NCBI GenBank assembly: GCA_963665235.2
Contig: CAXXLX010000001.1
Location: 2,112,001-2,176,000, forward strand
Direction of reading: 5' to 3'
Length of the DNA: 64,000 bases
Source of the DNA: Candidatus Poribacteria bacterium
GTDB taxonomy: Bacteria; Poribacteria; WGA-4E; WGA-3G
Of the stretch, positions 28,182-38,285 are shown one piece after another (position 1 is the first letter of the stretch; each line of letters begins with the position of its first letter). The position numbers were made by a program, and so were the translations under genes. Under the pieces are notes generated by a model, which was not told the origin of the DNA, searched no databases, and worked only from the letters and a program-made list of their open reading frames with translations.

Positions 28182-30084
28182 GTGAGGGAGGAAATAGTGA
28201 AATCAAAAGCACAAATATTATCTTTTCTGATAGTTTTACTCCTGCTTAGTACCGCACCGCTATCGCTCGCGCAAAAAGCATGGGTTACTGTCAACGAATC
28301 CGAGTGGCAAGCCACCTTCTCCGATGTCTTTTTCGTAGACGCACAACACGGCTGGATTGTCGGCAGCGATTCAACAATTCTACATACCACCGATGGCGGC
28401 ATGTCGTGGGCTCTGCAACCGAATCAGCGGTTACCTTTTCAAATTGAGCTAAAGAAGGTCAGGTTTATCAACCCTCAAGTCGGTTGGGTAGCAGGCGATA
28501 ACGGCACGATACTGAAAAGTACCGATGGCGGACAAACGTGGATAAAGTTACAAACTGGAACACGTGCTGTCCTGTCCACAGTCTTTTTCATAGATGAACA
28601 GCACGGTTGGGCAGGCGGCGATGGCGGGGTTGTTATCAGCACCCAAGATGGCGGAATAAGCTGGGTAAAGCAATACACTGATACCAACAATACCATAGAA
28701 TGTGTCCATTTTGTCAGTCCTGAAATTGGATGGGCAGTTGGGGCAGCGGGTACCCTTCTCCATACAGTTGATGGCGGAATGACTTGGACATCTCAAAACA
28801 GTAATACCGCTAATACCCTGACTGCCGTTTTTATGCAAAGCGATACAATCGGTTGGGCAGTCGGCGCACTAGGTGCCGTAATAGCGACTACCGACAGTAG
28901 CAAATGGAAAGCACAAACCAGCAATGTGCCCAACTCCAACGGAATGCCGGAACCGATTTACGACGTTCACTTCGCTAATCAAAACGTAGGGGCTCGCCGC
29001 TGCAGAATTCGGAGTCGTTCTCAGCACAAAGGATGGCGGAACAACCTGGAAACCGATTGAACCGCGCCCCGCTGCTGCACGGCTCCAAGGCGTTCACATG
29101 CTGAGCCCCAGTGAAGCATGGGTTGTCGGAGATAAGGCAACTATCCTCCGCACAACAGATGGCGGTAGCACCTGGGATGTCGTTTCCAACTTGAGCCATT
29201 TACGGGCTGCACATTTTCATAACGATAACCTTGGATGGGCGGTCGGCTTAGCAGGGGCAGTTTTACACACAAAAGATGGCGGAAAAACATGGGCACCCCA
29301 AAACAGTGGAAACGTCTTTGAGTTGTTCGGAATCGGGTTTGTCGACGAAAAAAGAGGATATATTGTCGGGAGCAATGCAGCATTGGTTGAAACACTCGAT
29401 GGCGGACAAACATGGAAAAGTGTTAGTGACCCTGGCGATGAAGGTCGTGGCACAGCCAAACGTATTCAGTTTGGTGGAGCAATGAGCTGGCGAAGCGCGA
29501 TGGGCTCTTACGGACTCAGCTTCGGAACCCCCACCCATGCATGGGCAGTCGGCGAAACAGGCAGAATTATGCACACCAACGACGGCGGAAAACTATGGAT
29601 TGGACAGGATTGCGACCCCGCCATGTCAGGCGTAGGATTTAATAATTTCTACGGCGTTCATTTCGTAAACGATAAGATCGGATGGATTGTCGGTGCAGCA
29701 GGAACTATTGCAGGAACAGCTGATGCCGGGCAAACATGGAATATTACCCTGGGGTTCGCTGAATTGCAAGATGTCTATGCTGTTACCCCGAAAACCGCCT
29801 GGGCCGCTGGTAGTCAAGGCACAATTATGGTTACCACAGATGGCGGAAGTACCTGGGGTGAACAGACCGTGCCAACCCAAGAAGACCTCAACGCCATTCT
29901 CTTTACAACTGAAAAAGAGGGATGGGCAGTCGGAAATAACGGCACAATCCTACATACAACCGATGGAGGTGTTACCTGGTTGAATTATAATTCGCCAACT
30001 CAGAAACATCTTTGGGATATTGTGAAAATGCCGAACGGCACATTGTGGATTGTCGGAGATTCAACGACAATTCTTCGCTACTAG
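28182..30084 (+). pseudogene. Ycf48/BNR-repeat exported beta-propeller protein split by one frameshift
   Basis: Repeated F.D...GW.VG..GTIL.T.DGG.TW blades. Removing one G from GGGG at 28989-28992 joins NQNVG to LAAAEFGVVLSTKDGG. Confidence 0.8.
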
Positions 30085-30435
30085 CTGTTGGCGATTGGCG
30101 ATTGGCGATTAGCAAGAGGAAGAGGGATGTGACGCGCGTCAGACGCGGACTATAATTGCAAACTCTTGCCAACTGCTATGAGCCAAATTGCTAATCGCTC
30201 AGGACTTACGCAGTGGGTTGATAAAGTCCATAGATAATTGGATTTAAGAGGGAAACCTAGCGGGCGAGGTCACCTCGCCCTAGAGGAGCGGGCTGGTTGC
30301 CCGAATACTGGGGCTTAGTGCTAAATTTGCGTAAGTCCTGCAAGAAATATAAGACGCGCGTCAAAAACCTGCTTAAAATTAGAAAGTCTTGCCATTTGCT
30401 AATTGCCATTTGCTAATCGCTAAATTGCTAACGAC
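30085..30435. repeat. Heptamer (GCGATTG/GCGATTA) palindromic repeat region, related to 53881-54005
   Basis: Tandem ggcgatt/gcgatta units and their complements; caagaaatataagacgcgcgtca is an inverted match to tgacgagcgttttatatttcttg at 53941-53963. Confidence 0.6.
30200..30340. mobile_element. MITE with CAGGACTTACGCA terminal inverted repeats
   Basis: Perfect 13-bp TIR (30200-30212 / 30328-30340), internal hairpin GGGCGAGGT-C-ACCTCGCCC, homologous copy at 63202-63315. Confidence 0.8.
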
Positions 30436-30450
30436 TAAGGGATACGCCTA

Positions 30451-31881
30451 ATGCATTCATTACAGTGCCATTGCCCCGCCTGGATAGGAACATTTTCGCT
30501 ACTCTTGATAGCCTTCGCTGTCGGTTTTCTCTGCATGCATCCCGACCTACAATGGACACTGGCAGCTGCAGAAGAGCCGAAGGCGCTAACACTAGCGGAA
30601 AGTCTTGAGATTGCCAAACAGCACAATCTTTCTATTCAAACAGCTGAACAAGACCTTCGGGCTGCCGAAGCACAAGTTCGCGCAGCCCGCGCCAGTCTCT
30701 TACCAAAAATTGTAGGAAGCGGCAACTATACCTATTTTAAAGACGTTCAAAAATCGGTAATTCAGGCAGATGGCGGGTTCGGATTTCCGGTGCCGGACGA
30801 AAACATGAACGGGACATCGCAACCGAACGCGGATAACGAAGCGGAACTGATTGAATTGGAATTTGGCGCACATCACAACGCCCAAGGCACAATAAACTTA
30901 ACACAGCCCCTTTTTGCTTGGGGCCGCTACTATTACAGCTATCAAGCTGCAAAAATAGGCTATGAAGCAACAAAAAAATCGGTGGACATTGCACATGAGC
31001 AACTCCGCCTAGATGTATCCGAGGCCTTTTATCGGGTGTTGGTCGCTCAAGAATTTGTGAGAGTCGCGGAACAGAGTGTTGACCTCGTTAAAAATCATCT
31101 CGCTATCGCTCAAGCATCTTTCGACGCGGGGGCTGCTACCCACTTTGATGTGCTCCGAGCGAAGGTGCAACTATCAATCGCCGAATCCCAATTGATTCGC
31201 GCAAAAAACGGGGTGCAAACATCAACAAATGCCTATAAAACACTTCTGAACATGCCGCTTGCTACCGAAATCGCTGTCAACGGCACCTTTGAAACCCCGG
31301 ATATGGAGATGAAACTAGCTGGCTTAATAGCACGCGCGTTTGAAGCACGCCCAGAAATCAGCAGCGCGAAACTTAATGAACAGGTTGGACAGAAACAGCT
31401 CGCCGTTGCCAAGACACGCAACCGACCTGACCTCACCTTTTTTTCCAACTATCAAATTGCCGCAAATGAAAGACTCACAGAACCGAATCGAATCTGGAGC
31501 CTCGGTTTGCAAATTAATATCCCAATCTTCGATGGACTTGCGACCCGGGCGGCCGTACAACAAAGTGAATCCGCTCTAAAACAACGCCAGTTAGGCACAG
31601 AAAAAATCAAAGCTGCCGTTGAACTTGAAGTCCGGAATGCTTACCTAAACCTGCTTGAAGCAAAAACGTTGATTGCTGCTCAACGTGAGACAGTGGCACA
31701 GGCACGAGAAAGCGTTCGTATCGCCACACTTCAATTTGAAAACGGCATGATTACTACCGTCGCGCTTACCGATACACAACTTGCATTGACGCAAGCGGAA
31801 GTGAACCGGCTCCAAGCACAGCACGATTACGTTGTCGGGCTGGCACGGCTCGAAAAAGCCGTAGGTCAAAAATTACAATAG
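30451..31881 (+). CDS. TolC family outer membrane efflux protein
   Basis: LTLAESLEIAKQHN, LTQPLF, DVLRAKVQL, IPIFDG, LEKAVG. Confidence 0.9.
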   Translation: MHSLQCHCPAWIGTFSLLLIAFAVGFLCMHPDLQWTLAAAEEPKALTLAESLEIAKQHNLSIQTAEQDLRAAEAQVRAARASLLPKIVGSGNYTYFKDVQKSVIQADGGFGFPVPDENMNGTSQPNADNEAELIELEFGAHHNAQGTINLTQPLFAWGRYYYSYQAAKIGYEATKKSVDIAHEQLRLDVSEAFYRVLVAQEFVRVAEQSVDLVKNHLAIAQASFDAGAATHFDVLRAKVQLSIAESQLIRAKNGVQTSTNAYKTLLNMPLATEIAVNGTFETPDMEMKLAGLIARAFEARPEISSAKLNEQVGQKQLAVAKTRNRPDLTFFSNYQIAANERLTEPNRIWSLGLQINIPIFDGLATRAAVQQSESALKQRQLGTEKIKAAVELEVRNAYLNLLEAKTLIAAQRETVAQARESVRIATLQFENGMITTVALTDTQLALTQAEVNRLQAQHDYVVGLARLEKAVGQKLQ

Positions 31882-31952
31882 ACAATATCCTCTTTGTAGA
31901 AGCGAGCTCCCGAGCACAACCTTCCCTTGAGGCTAAAATAGGAGAAATATAA

Positions 31953-33587
31953 TTGCGAAAAACATGGATTGGCATTATCATAGTATTGGTGATAGGAGCA
32001 ATCGTCCTGTTCCGGCTTTCGAAACCCGAAAAAGCAGTAGTGGACGAAACCGATATTGAACCGCCTAAACCGGTGGAGGTTATCAAAGTGAGCCGGGGCG
32101 AAATCCGCTCTGAACTACAATTGTCCGGCACAATTGTAGCGGAGGCGCGTGTCAACGTATTTCCCAAAATTGCGGGCCACCTCATCAAATTAGCGGCGAA
32201 TGAGGGTGACCTTGTCAAACAGGACGAACCGCTCGCCACCGTCGAACATGAAGAACTACTGCTCTCAGTGGAACGAGCTGCAGCTGCGCTGGAAGCTGCC
32301 GAAACAGCCTATTCCCAAACAGAACAGCTCGCGAAGGTCCGGGTCCACTCACAAATTGCGCAAGCAGTAGCACAACTCCGGGGCGCGGAAACCTCCCTGC
32401 TACAAGTGAAGGAGTTGGCTGAAATCCGAACCGTCACACAAATTGAGCAAGCGGAAGCCGGCTTGAAATCTCTCACCGCAAATCTAGAGAAAATTAAAAA
32501 CGGAGCGCGCGCAGAAGACCGAAGTCAAGCATTAGCAGCACTGAACCAAGCGGAGGCGACTCTTGCAAACGCAAAAAACAACTATGCCCGTATAGCGAGA
32601 CTCTTCAAAAACGGCGCGGTGAGTCAACAGGGCCTGGAAAGCGCGCAGACCCAATTGGACGTTGCCACGGCTCAACACAAGATTGCAGATGAACAGCTGC
32701 AACTCATTGATAATGGCGCGCGACCAGAGGATATTCAGGCCATCGCAGCGCAAGTTGAACAAGCTGCTGCTGCCCTAAAATTAGCACAAGCGCAAGCCGC
32801 CACAAAAACATGGGAAAAAGACATTCAACTTGCCCAATCCCAGGTCGAAGCAGCACGCGCCGGACTTATAGCCGCGCAAGCTCTAGAGACCGCAAAAAGT
32901 TGGGAAGCAGAAATTATCGCAGCAAAAACAGCACGCACCCAAGCTGATATTGCACTGAAACTGGCACACAAACGACTCAAGGATGCCACAATTTACGCAC
33001 CGATTACAGGAATTATCTCACGACGCACACTAGACCTAGGCGGAATGGCTGTCCCGACAGCACCGTTATTTGAAATTGTCAATATTAAAACTGTTAAAGC
33101 TAAGGTTGATGTCATCGAGGCACAGTTAAGCCAGGTGGCACTGAGACAACAAGCATCAATAACGGTTGATGGTATAAAAACCCCGTTTCAGGGCACAATC
33201 ACGTTCATTAGTCCGACACTCCAAGCAATGCGTCGCACCGCAACCGCTGAAATTCTTATCGACAATCCGAACGGCATTCTTAAACCGGGCATGTTTGCTA
33301 AAGTCACCGTACCTGTTGAGGTCCGTCCAAACGCACTTTTGATTCCACGGAGAGCAATCATTGAAGACCGTACTCGGGAGCTCGCGTCTACAGAAGATGG
33401 GCAGACAAAAACGCAAACTGTTTTTGTGATTGAGGGGGGAGTCAGTCACCGGCGCCCCGTGCAGATTGGACTTTCACGAAACGGCGTAGTTGAAGTCCTA
33501 GATGGCCTTACAGCGGGAGAATCCGTTGTCATCGCCGGACAACATGCCCTCAAAGTTGACGAAAACGTCACCGTTGTCAATCCGTAA
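31953..33587 (+). CDS. Efflux RND/ABC periplasmic adaptor (MFP) with very long alpha-hairpin
   Basis: N-terminal TM; PKIAG..EGD.V; IYAPITG; LKPGMFAKV; GL..GESVV..GQ. Confidence 0.88.
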   Translation: MRKTWIGIIIVLVIGAIVLFRLSKPEKAVVDETDIEPPKPVEVIKVSRGEIRSELQLSGTIVAEARVNVFPKIAGHLIKLAANEGDLVKQDEPLATVEHEELLLSVERAAAALEAAETAYSQTEQLAKVRVHSQIAQAVAQLRGAETSLLQVKELAEIRTVTQIEQAEAGLKSLTANLEKIKNGARAEDRSQALAALNQAEATLANAKNNYARIARLFKNGAVSQQGLESAQTQLDVATAQHKIADEQLQLIDNGARPEDIQAIAAQVEQAAAALKLAQAQAATKTWEKDIQLAQSQVEAARAGLIAAQALETAKSWEAEIIAAKTARTQADIALKLAHKRLKDATIYAPITGIISRRTLDLGGMAVPTAPLFEIVNIKTVKAKVDVIEAQLSQVALRQQASITVDGIKTPFQGTITFISPTLQAMRRTATAEILIDNPNGILKPGMFAKVTVPVEVRPNALLIPRRAIIEDRTRELASTEDGQTKTQTVFVIEGGVSHRRPVQIGLSRNGVVEVLDGLTAGESVVIAGQHALKVDENVTVVNP

Positions 33588-33651
33588 CCAAAGTAGTGGA
33601 AAACCCGCTCTGATGTGCCGTAACTTAATTGGCTATCGGCTCTTAAAAAAA

Positions 33652-35118
33652 ATGAAAGTTGAACAACTTTATGGCCCCACAATCAAACCTTTGCAGGTTA
33701 TTGAATTGGAACAACTTATACAGACCGACTCCGCCGATATTTTCTGTCCTTACGGATTACAGAAGCAAGGTGTAGTCATAGTCACCTGTGCCCCCGCACG
33801 GCTTGATATTATGGGTGGCATAGCCGACTATTGTGGCGCGAACGTCCTCGAAATGACGCTCAACCGGACCGCCGTCGCAGCGTGTCAGGCAAGAAAAGAT
33901 AGAAAACTCTCCGCCTTAACGCTAAATGGATGGGGCAAATTGAAACGCAGCTTTCAGATATCGCTCGATGATTTCTATGCTGAGCGCACCCTCAAATGTT
34001 ATACAGAGATTCAAAAATTATTCGGGCAAAATTTAATGACAAGTTGGACAGGCTATGTACTCGGCGGTTTTTATACACTGCTAAAGGAAGGAAAGATCAA
34101 ACAGTTTCCACACGGAGCAAGCATCGTTCTCAAAAGTGATATTCCAATGGGAGCAGGGCTCGCCTCCTCCGCAGCCATTGAGATAGCAGCACTCATGGCA
34201 ATCAACCAGCTCTATAATTTGGACCTGGGCCCAATGGAAATCGCTCGCTTAGCACAAATCGTTGAAAATCGAATTGTTGGGGCCCCTTGTGGCATTATGG
34301 ACCAGATAACCTCCGTAGCAGGCACGGAGGCAGAGATGCTCTCTATTCTGTGTCAACCTGATAAAATCCTAGAAACCATCCCGTGTCCACCACATGTCAG
34401 TTTTGTTGGTATCAATACCAAAGCCCCACGAAGTACAGCAAGCACAGCCTACATTGACACCCGTACTGCTGCATTCATGGGGTTGACTATCCTACAGAAG
34501 GAGCTCGGATGGAAAAAGTTGAAGCAGAATTACCTCTGCAAGCTATCTGTACAAGAATTTCACGAACACTGTGAACCTTTACTCCCTGAACAGATACAGG
34601 GAGAAGAGTTTCTTAAAAAATATGGCGAGACTGTTGATACCGTTACACAGGTGGACCCACAGAAAGTTTATCCTATAAAGGAGCGTGTGACGCATCCGAT
34701 TTACGAAAATGCGCGAGTTACGCAATTTATTGCTGCTATGAAAAGTGCTACGCAAACCCCTGAACGCGTGATTGACTATATCAGGATAGCGGGTAAGCTT
34801 ATGTACGAATCCAACGATAGTTACAAAAATTTAGCAGGACTCGGTTCGCCTGAAGTGGATGGATTGATTAGCATTGCACAGAAAATCGGAGAACAGGGGG
34901 GCATCTACGGGGCAAAAATTACTGGCGGGGGCGAGGGCGGTACCGTCGCTATCCTCTGCTACGGAAATGTTTCCAACGCACTCATACAAATCCTCGCTGC
35001 ATACAAACTCTCTTGGGGACTTGATGCGGAAATCTTCAGAGATTCAGCCCCCGGGGCTTACGAATTTGGGCATCTCCAGTGGGAATTGAAAGATAGTGAA
35101 CCGCCTACACATTTCTGA
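33652..35118 (+). CDS. GHMP sugar kinase (galactokinase/L-arabinokinase-like)
   Basis: APARLDIMGGIADY, IPMGAGLASSAA, GAPCGIMDQ, GAKITGGGEGG. Confidence 0.88.
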   Translation: MKVEQLYGPTIKPLQVIELEQLIQTDSADIFCPYGLQKQGVVIVTCAPARLDIMGGIADYCGANVLEMTLNRTAVAACQARKDRKLSALTLNGWGKLKRSFQISLDDFYAERTLKCYTEIQKLFGQNLMTSWTGYVLGGFYTLLKEGKIKQFPHGASIVLKSDIPMGAGLASSAAIEIAALMAINQLYNLDLGPMEIARLAQIVENRIVGAPCGIMDQITSVAGTEAEMLSILCQPDKILETIPCPPHVSFVGINTKAPRSTASTAYIDTRTAAFMGLTILQKELGWKKLKQNYLCKLSVQEFHEHCEPLLPEQIQGEEFLKKYGETVDTVTQVDPQKVYPIKERVTHPIYENARVTQFIAAMKSATQTPERVIDYIRIAGKLMYESNDSYKNLAGLGSPEVDGLISIAQKIGEQGGIYGAKITGGGEGGTVAILCYGNVSNALIQILAAYKLSWGLDAEIFRDSAPGAYEFGHLQWELKDSEPPTHF

Positions 35119-35179
35119 ATGTTATGGCGGACAGCGTACGCCTACTACCGTGAGGTTTAGGAAATAGGTGAAATAAACC

Positions 35180-37141
35180 GTGCAAAGCTTAGACTCGCAA
35201 AATCAGCAACGGGCATCCGGGGTCACATGGCGTGCCATTCTCATCGCGCTTCTCCTAATTCCGCCCAACGTTTTTTGGGTGATTGAAGTTGAATGTGTCT
35301 GGCACTCCGGACATCCAACGACTATCTCCCTATTCTGGAACGTCGTCCTAAACCTGTTTTTTCTTATCCTGCTGAACTTTTTCATCAAGCGGTTTGCACC
35401 GAAAGCAGCACTGACGCAAGGAGAGATGATAACTATTTATGCGATGCTCTCTATCGCCTCTGGATTAGCAGGACATGATACGTTAGCACTCACGATTCCC
35501 GCACTGCCACACGCCTTCTGGTTCGCAACACCAGAGAACGATTGGGCGGACATGTTCCACACCTACATTCCGCAGCACCTTGTGGTCTCCGACAAAGACA
35601 TCATCCGCGGATTTTACGAAGGCAATACCCCGTTTTACAATGCCAAAATTGGCGGCGCGTGGATAATGCCCACTTTGTGGTGGACATCGTTTATCGTCGC
35701 CCTCGGCACAATTATGATTTGCCTCAACGTACTCATTCGTAAACAGTGGACAGAACACGAAAAACTAGCATATCCGATTATTCAACTGCCGATGGCAATT
35801 ACAGAAGGTGGTGGCGCTGCCAGTCTTTTCCGAAATCGTCTCCTGTGGTACGGTTTCATCATCGCTGCGCTCCTTAACGTCTGGCACGGCTTAGCCCACT
35901 TTTTCCCAATACTCCCAGATTTCAGCGTACGCCATAACGCCCGCAACTGGGGACGCTTCTTTACCGAAAAACCGTGGAACGCTGTTGGCAATATTCCGGT
36001 TCCGTTCTATCCGTTCGTAATCGGATTAGGATTTTTACTGCCACTTGACCTCTCTTTCTCACTCTGGTTCTTCTACCTATTCGAAAAAATTCAACGCGTT
36101 TTCGGAAGCGCGTTGGCAATTCCACCCCCTTTCCCGTATAACAGTGAACAATCTATCGGAGGGTGGATGGCTATCTTTGTCATTGCACTACTTGTAACAC
36201 GCAAACACATCGCCAAAGTCGCACGAACTATTTTCGGGATGTCCGGCGGTATTGACGACTCCCAAGAGCCGATTCGTTACCGCACAGCACTCCTCCTAAT
36301 TGCCCTAGCAAGCCTATTTATTATCTGGTTCTGCCTAAAGGCGGGCATGACACTCCCGATTATCCTGCCGTTCTTCGGATTCTTCTATGCCCTTTCTATA
36401 GGCATTACCCGCGTCCGTGCTGAACTCGGCCCCCCCGCACATGAAATGGCTGGCATGTGTAATGCACAACAATTCTTAATCAATATCCTGGGCACCCGAC
36501 GTATCGGTCCCAATAACTTAACTGTTTTTCCATACTTTTGGTTCTTTAGCGGTCGAGGCTATCGTGAACACATCATGCCGCATCAACTTGAAGCCTTCAA
36601 AATGGCAGAACGAGCTAGTATGAATACCAAACGACTTGTGTTTGCAATGATTCTTGCTGTTGTTGTAGGCTCGCTCGCCTCATTTTGGGCAACCCTCAGC
36701 GAATTGTATCGGTTGGGCGGCGCAATCACAGGAGCAGGCGGCGGTATCGGGCCATCGGTCGGACACATCGGTCAATTCGGATGGCTCGCCGGACTCTTTT
36801 CATTCCCACGCGACCCAAATATGTCTGCAATGGGATTCATGGCAGGCGGAATGGGATTCACCTTTTTACTCATGTTTATGCGAATGCGATTCATCTGGTG
36901 GCCCCTCCACCCCGCGGGCTACCCCATTTCCATGACGTTTGGCGTTGGATATTTTTGGAGCTGCCTCGTCATCAGCAGCTTCCTCAAGTGGATGGCACTC
37001 CGATTCGGCGGCTCCGCTACCTATAGAAAAATGGTTTTCTTCTTCTTTGGCGTTATCCTTGGTGAATACTGTGTCGGTGCGTTCTGGAGCGTTCTCAGCG
37101 TCATCATTCGGGAACCTATATACGACTTTGCACCAGGCTAA
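35180..37141 (+). CDS. Large polytopic membrane protein (DUF6785/DUF6784-like, putative transporter)
   Basis: Many TM helices; RKQW.EHEKL.YP..QLP, RVRAELG, WWPLHPAGY. Confidence 0.75.
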   Translation: MQSLDSQNQQRASGVTWRAILIALLLIPPNVFWVIEVECVWHSGHPTTISLFWNVVLNLFFLILLNFFIKRFAPKAALTQGEMITIYAMLSIASGLAGHDTLALTIPALPHAFWFATPENDWADMFHTYIPQHLVVSDKDIIRGFYEGNTPFYNAKIGGAWIMPTLWWTSFIVALGTIMICLNVLIRKQWTEHEKLAYPIIQLPMAITEGGGAASLFRNRLLWYGFIIAALLNVWHGLAHFFPILPDFSVRHNARNWGRFFTEKPWNAVGNIPVPFYPFVIGLGFLLPLDLSFSLWFFYLFEKIQRVFGSALAIPPPFPYNSEQSIGGWMAIFVIALLVTRKHIAKVARTIFGMSGGIDDSQEPIRYRTALLLIALASLFIIWFCLKAGMTLPIILPFFGFFYALSIGITRVRAELGPPAHEMAGMCNAQQFLINILGTRRIGPNNLTVFPYFWFFSGRGYREHIMPHQLEAFKMAERASMNTKRLVFAMILAVVVGSLASFWATLSELYRLGGAITGAGGGIGPSVGHIGQFGWLAGLFSFPRDPNMSAMGFMAGGMGFTFLLMFMRMRFIWWPLHPAGYPISMTFGVGYFWSCLVISSFLKWMALRFGGSATYRKMVFFFFGVILGEYCVGAFWSVLSVIIREPIYDFAPG

Positions 37142-37164
37142 AAAACGATTACAGCATTCGGAGA

Positions 37165-38238
37165 ATGCATACTACTATGAAAAATTTACGACTGTTTTAC
37201 TTTTATATATTCGCAGCAGGACTGATTTTATTGACAACCGGGGTTTCTGCTGATGAAGGTGCCCACGCAGCTGAATTTCTCAGCCACGGAGTGGGGGCCC
37301 GAGCCCTCGGCATGGGAAGCGCATTCGTCGCTGTCGCCGACGACGCAACCGCCACATATTGGAACCCCGCCGGACTTACTAAAGTTAAAAATCATAGCTT
37401 CGCAGCAATGTACTCTGACACATTCAGCACCGGCGATGGAAGCTGGATGGCCAGAGGACTTGTTAGCTACAACTTCGCAAACTATGTCTATCAAATTGAG
37501 GACATCGGAAGCCTTGGCGTAAGCTGGATACGACTCGGGGTTGACGATATACCCCGCACCACCTTTATTGATACCAACGGAAACGGTATCCTCGGCGACT
37601 TTCAGGATAGAAATGGAAACGGTATAAAAGAGGAGGGTGAACTTTATATCGATAAACCGGAAATCGCTGAATACTTCAGCAATACCGATAATGCTATACT
37701 CATCTCCTATGCACGGCAGGTTCACTCTATAGTCGCTGTCGGCGGCAACTTTAAACTCCTCAAACAATCCATCTTTCAGAACAGCGGAAGTGGATTCGGC
37801 ATTGATGTCGGACTCATTGTTGAACCTTACAAAGGACTACGCATAGGAACAATGCTATTGGATGTAACAGGTACACAGATTCGGTGGGATACTGCCGATA
37901 AACCGACGTTCACCCGCGGGCGGCGCGTACGACTCGGCACAGCATACCACTTTACCGTTCCGCGCATAGGAAAAGGAGCTATCGGTATAGACATGGAAAC
38001 TAATCAGGGGGATTTGGATGAGGGCACCGACTCCGGGAGCGGGCCTGTCGTCCGTGTTGGTGCTGAATACTGGCTCTTTAACACACTCGCCCTCCGCTGC
38101 GGATGGAACGGCCATGGGCTCTCTGTCGGCACCGGGCTCCGTTTACGCGTAAGCACCTTGTCGTTTTTTGTTGATTATGCTTTCAACACACACACCCTTG
38201 GCGGCTCGCAGCGGATTTCCATCTCAGGCGAATTTTAG
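37165..38238 (+). CDS. PorV/PorQ-like (UPF0164) outer-membrane beta-barrel
   Basis: FLSHGVGARALGMGSAFVAVADDATATYWNPAGL; C-terminal Phe. Confidence 0.82.
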   Translation: MHTTMKNLRLFYFYIFAAGLILLTTGVSADEGAHAAEFLSHGVGARALGMGSAFVAVADDATATYWNPAGLTKVKNHSFAAMYSDTFSTGDGSWMARGLVSYNFANYVYQIEDIGSLGVSWIRLGVDDIPRTTFIDTNGNGILGDFQDRNGNGIKEEGELYIDKPEIAEYFSNTDNAILISYARQVHSIVAVGGNFKLLKQSIFQNSGSGFGIDVGLIVEPYKGLRIGTMLLDVTGTQIRWDTADKPTFTRGRRVRLGTAYHFTVPRIGKGAIGIDMETNQGDLDEGTDSGSGPVVRVGAEYWLFNTLALRCGWNGHGLSVGTGLRLRVSTLSFFVDYAFNTHTLGGSQRISISGEF

Positions 38239-38285
38239 TACCGTGAAAGGCAGCGGACTCTGTCCCACTAAAGGAGGATTATCTT

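Noticed and set aside
28182-30084. Photosynthesis inferred from the Ycf48-like protein (and from PCP_red domains)
   Set aside because: Both domains are widespread in non-phototrophs and no photosystem genes are seen.
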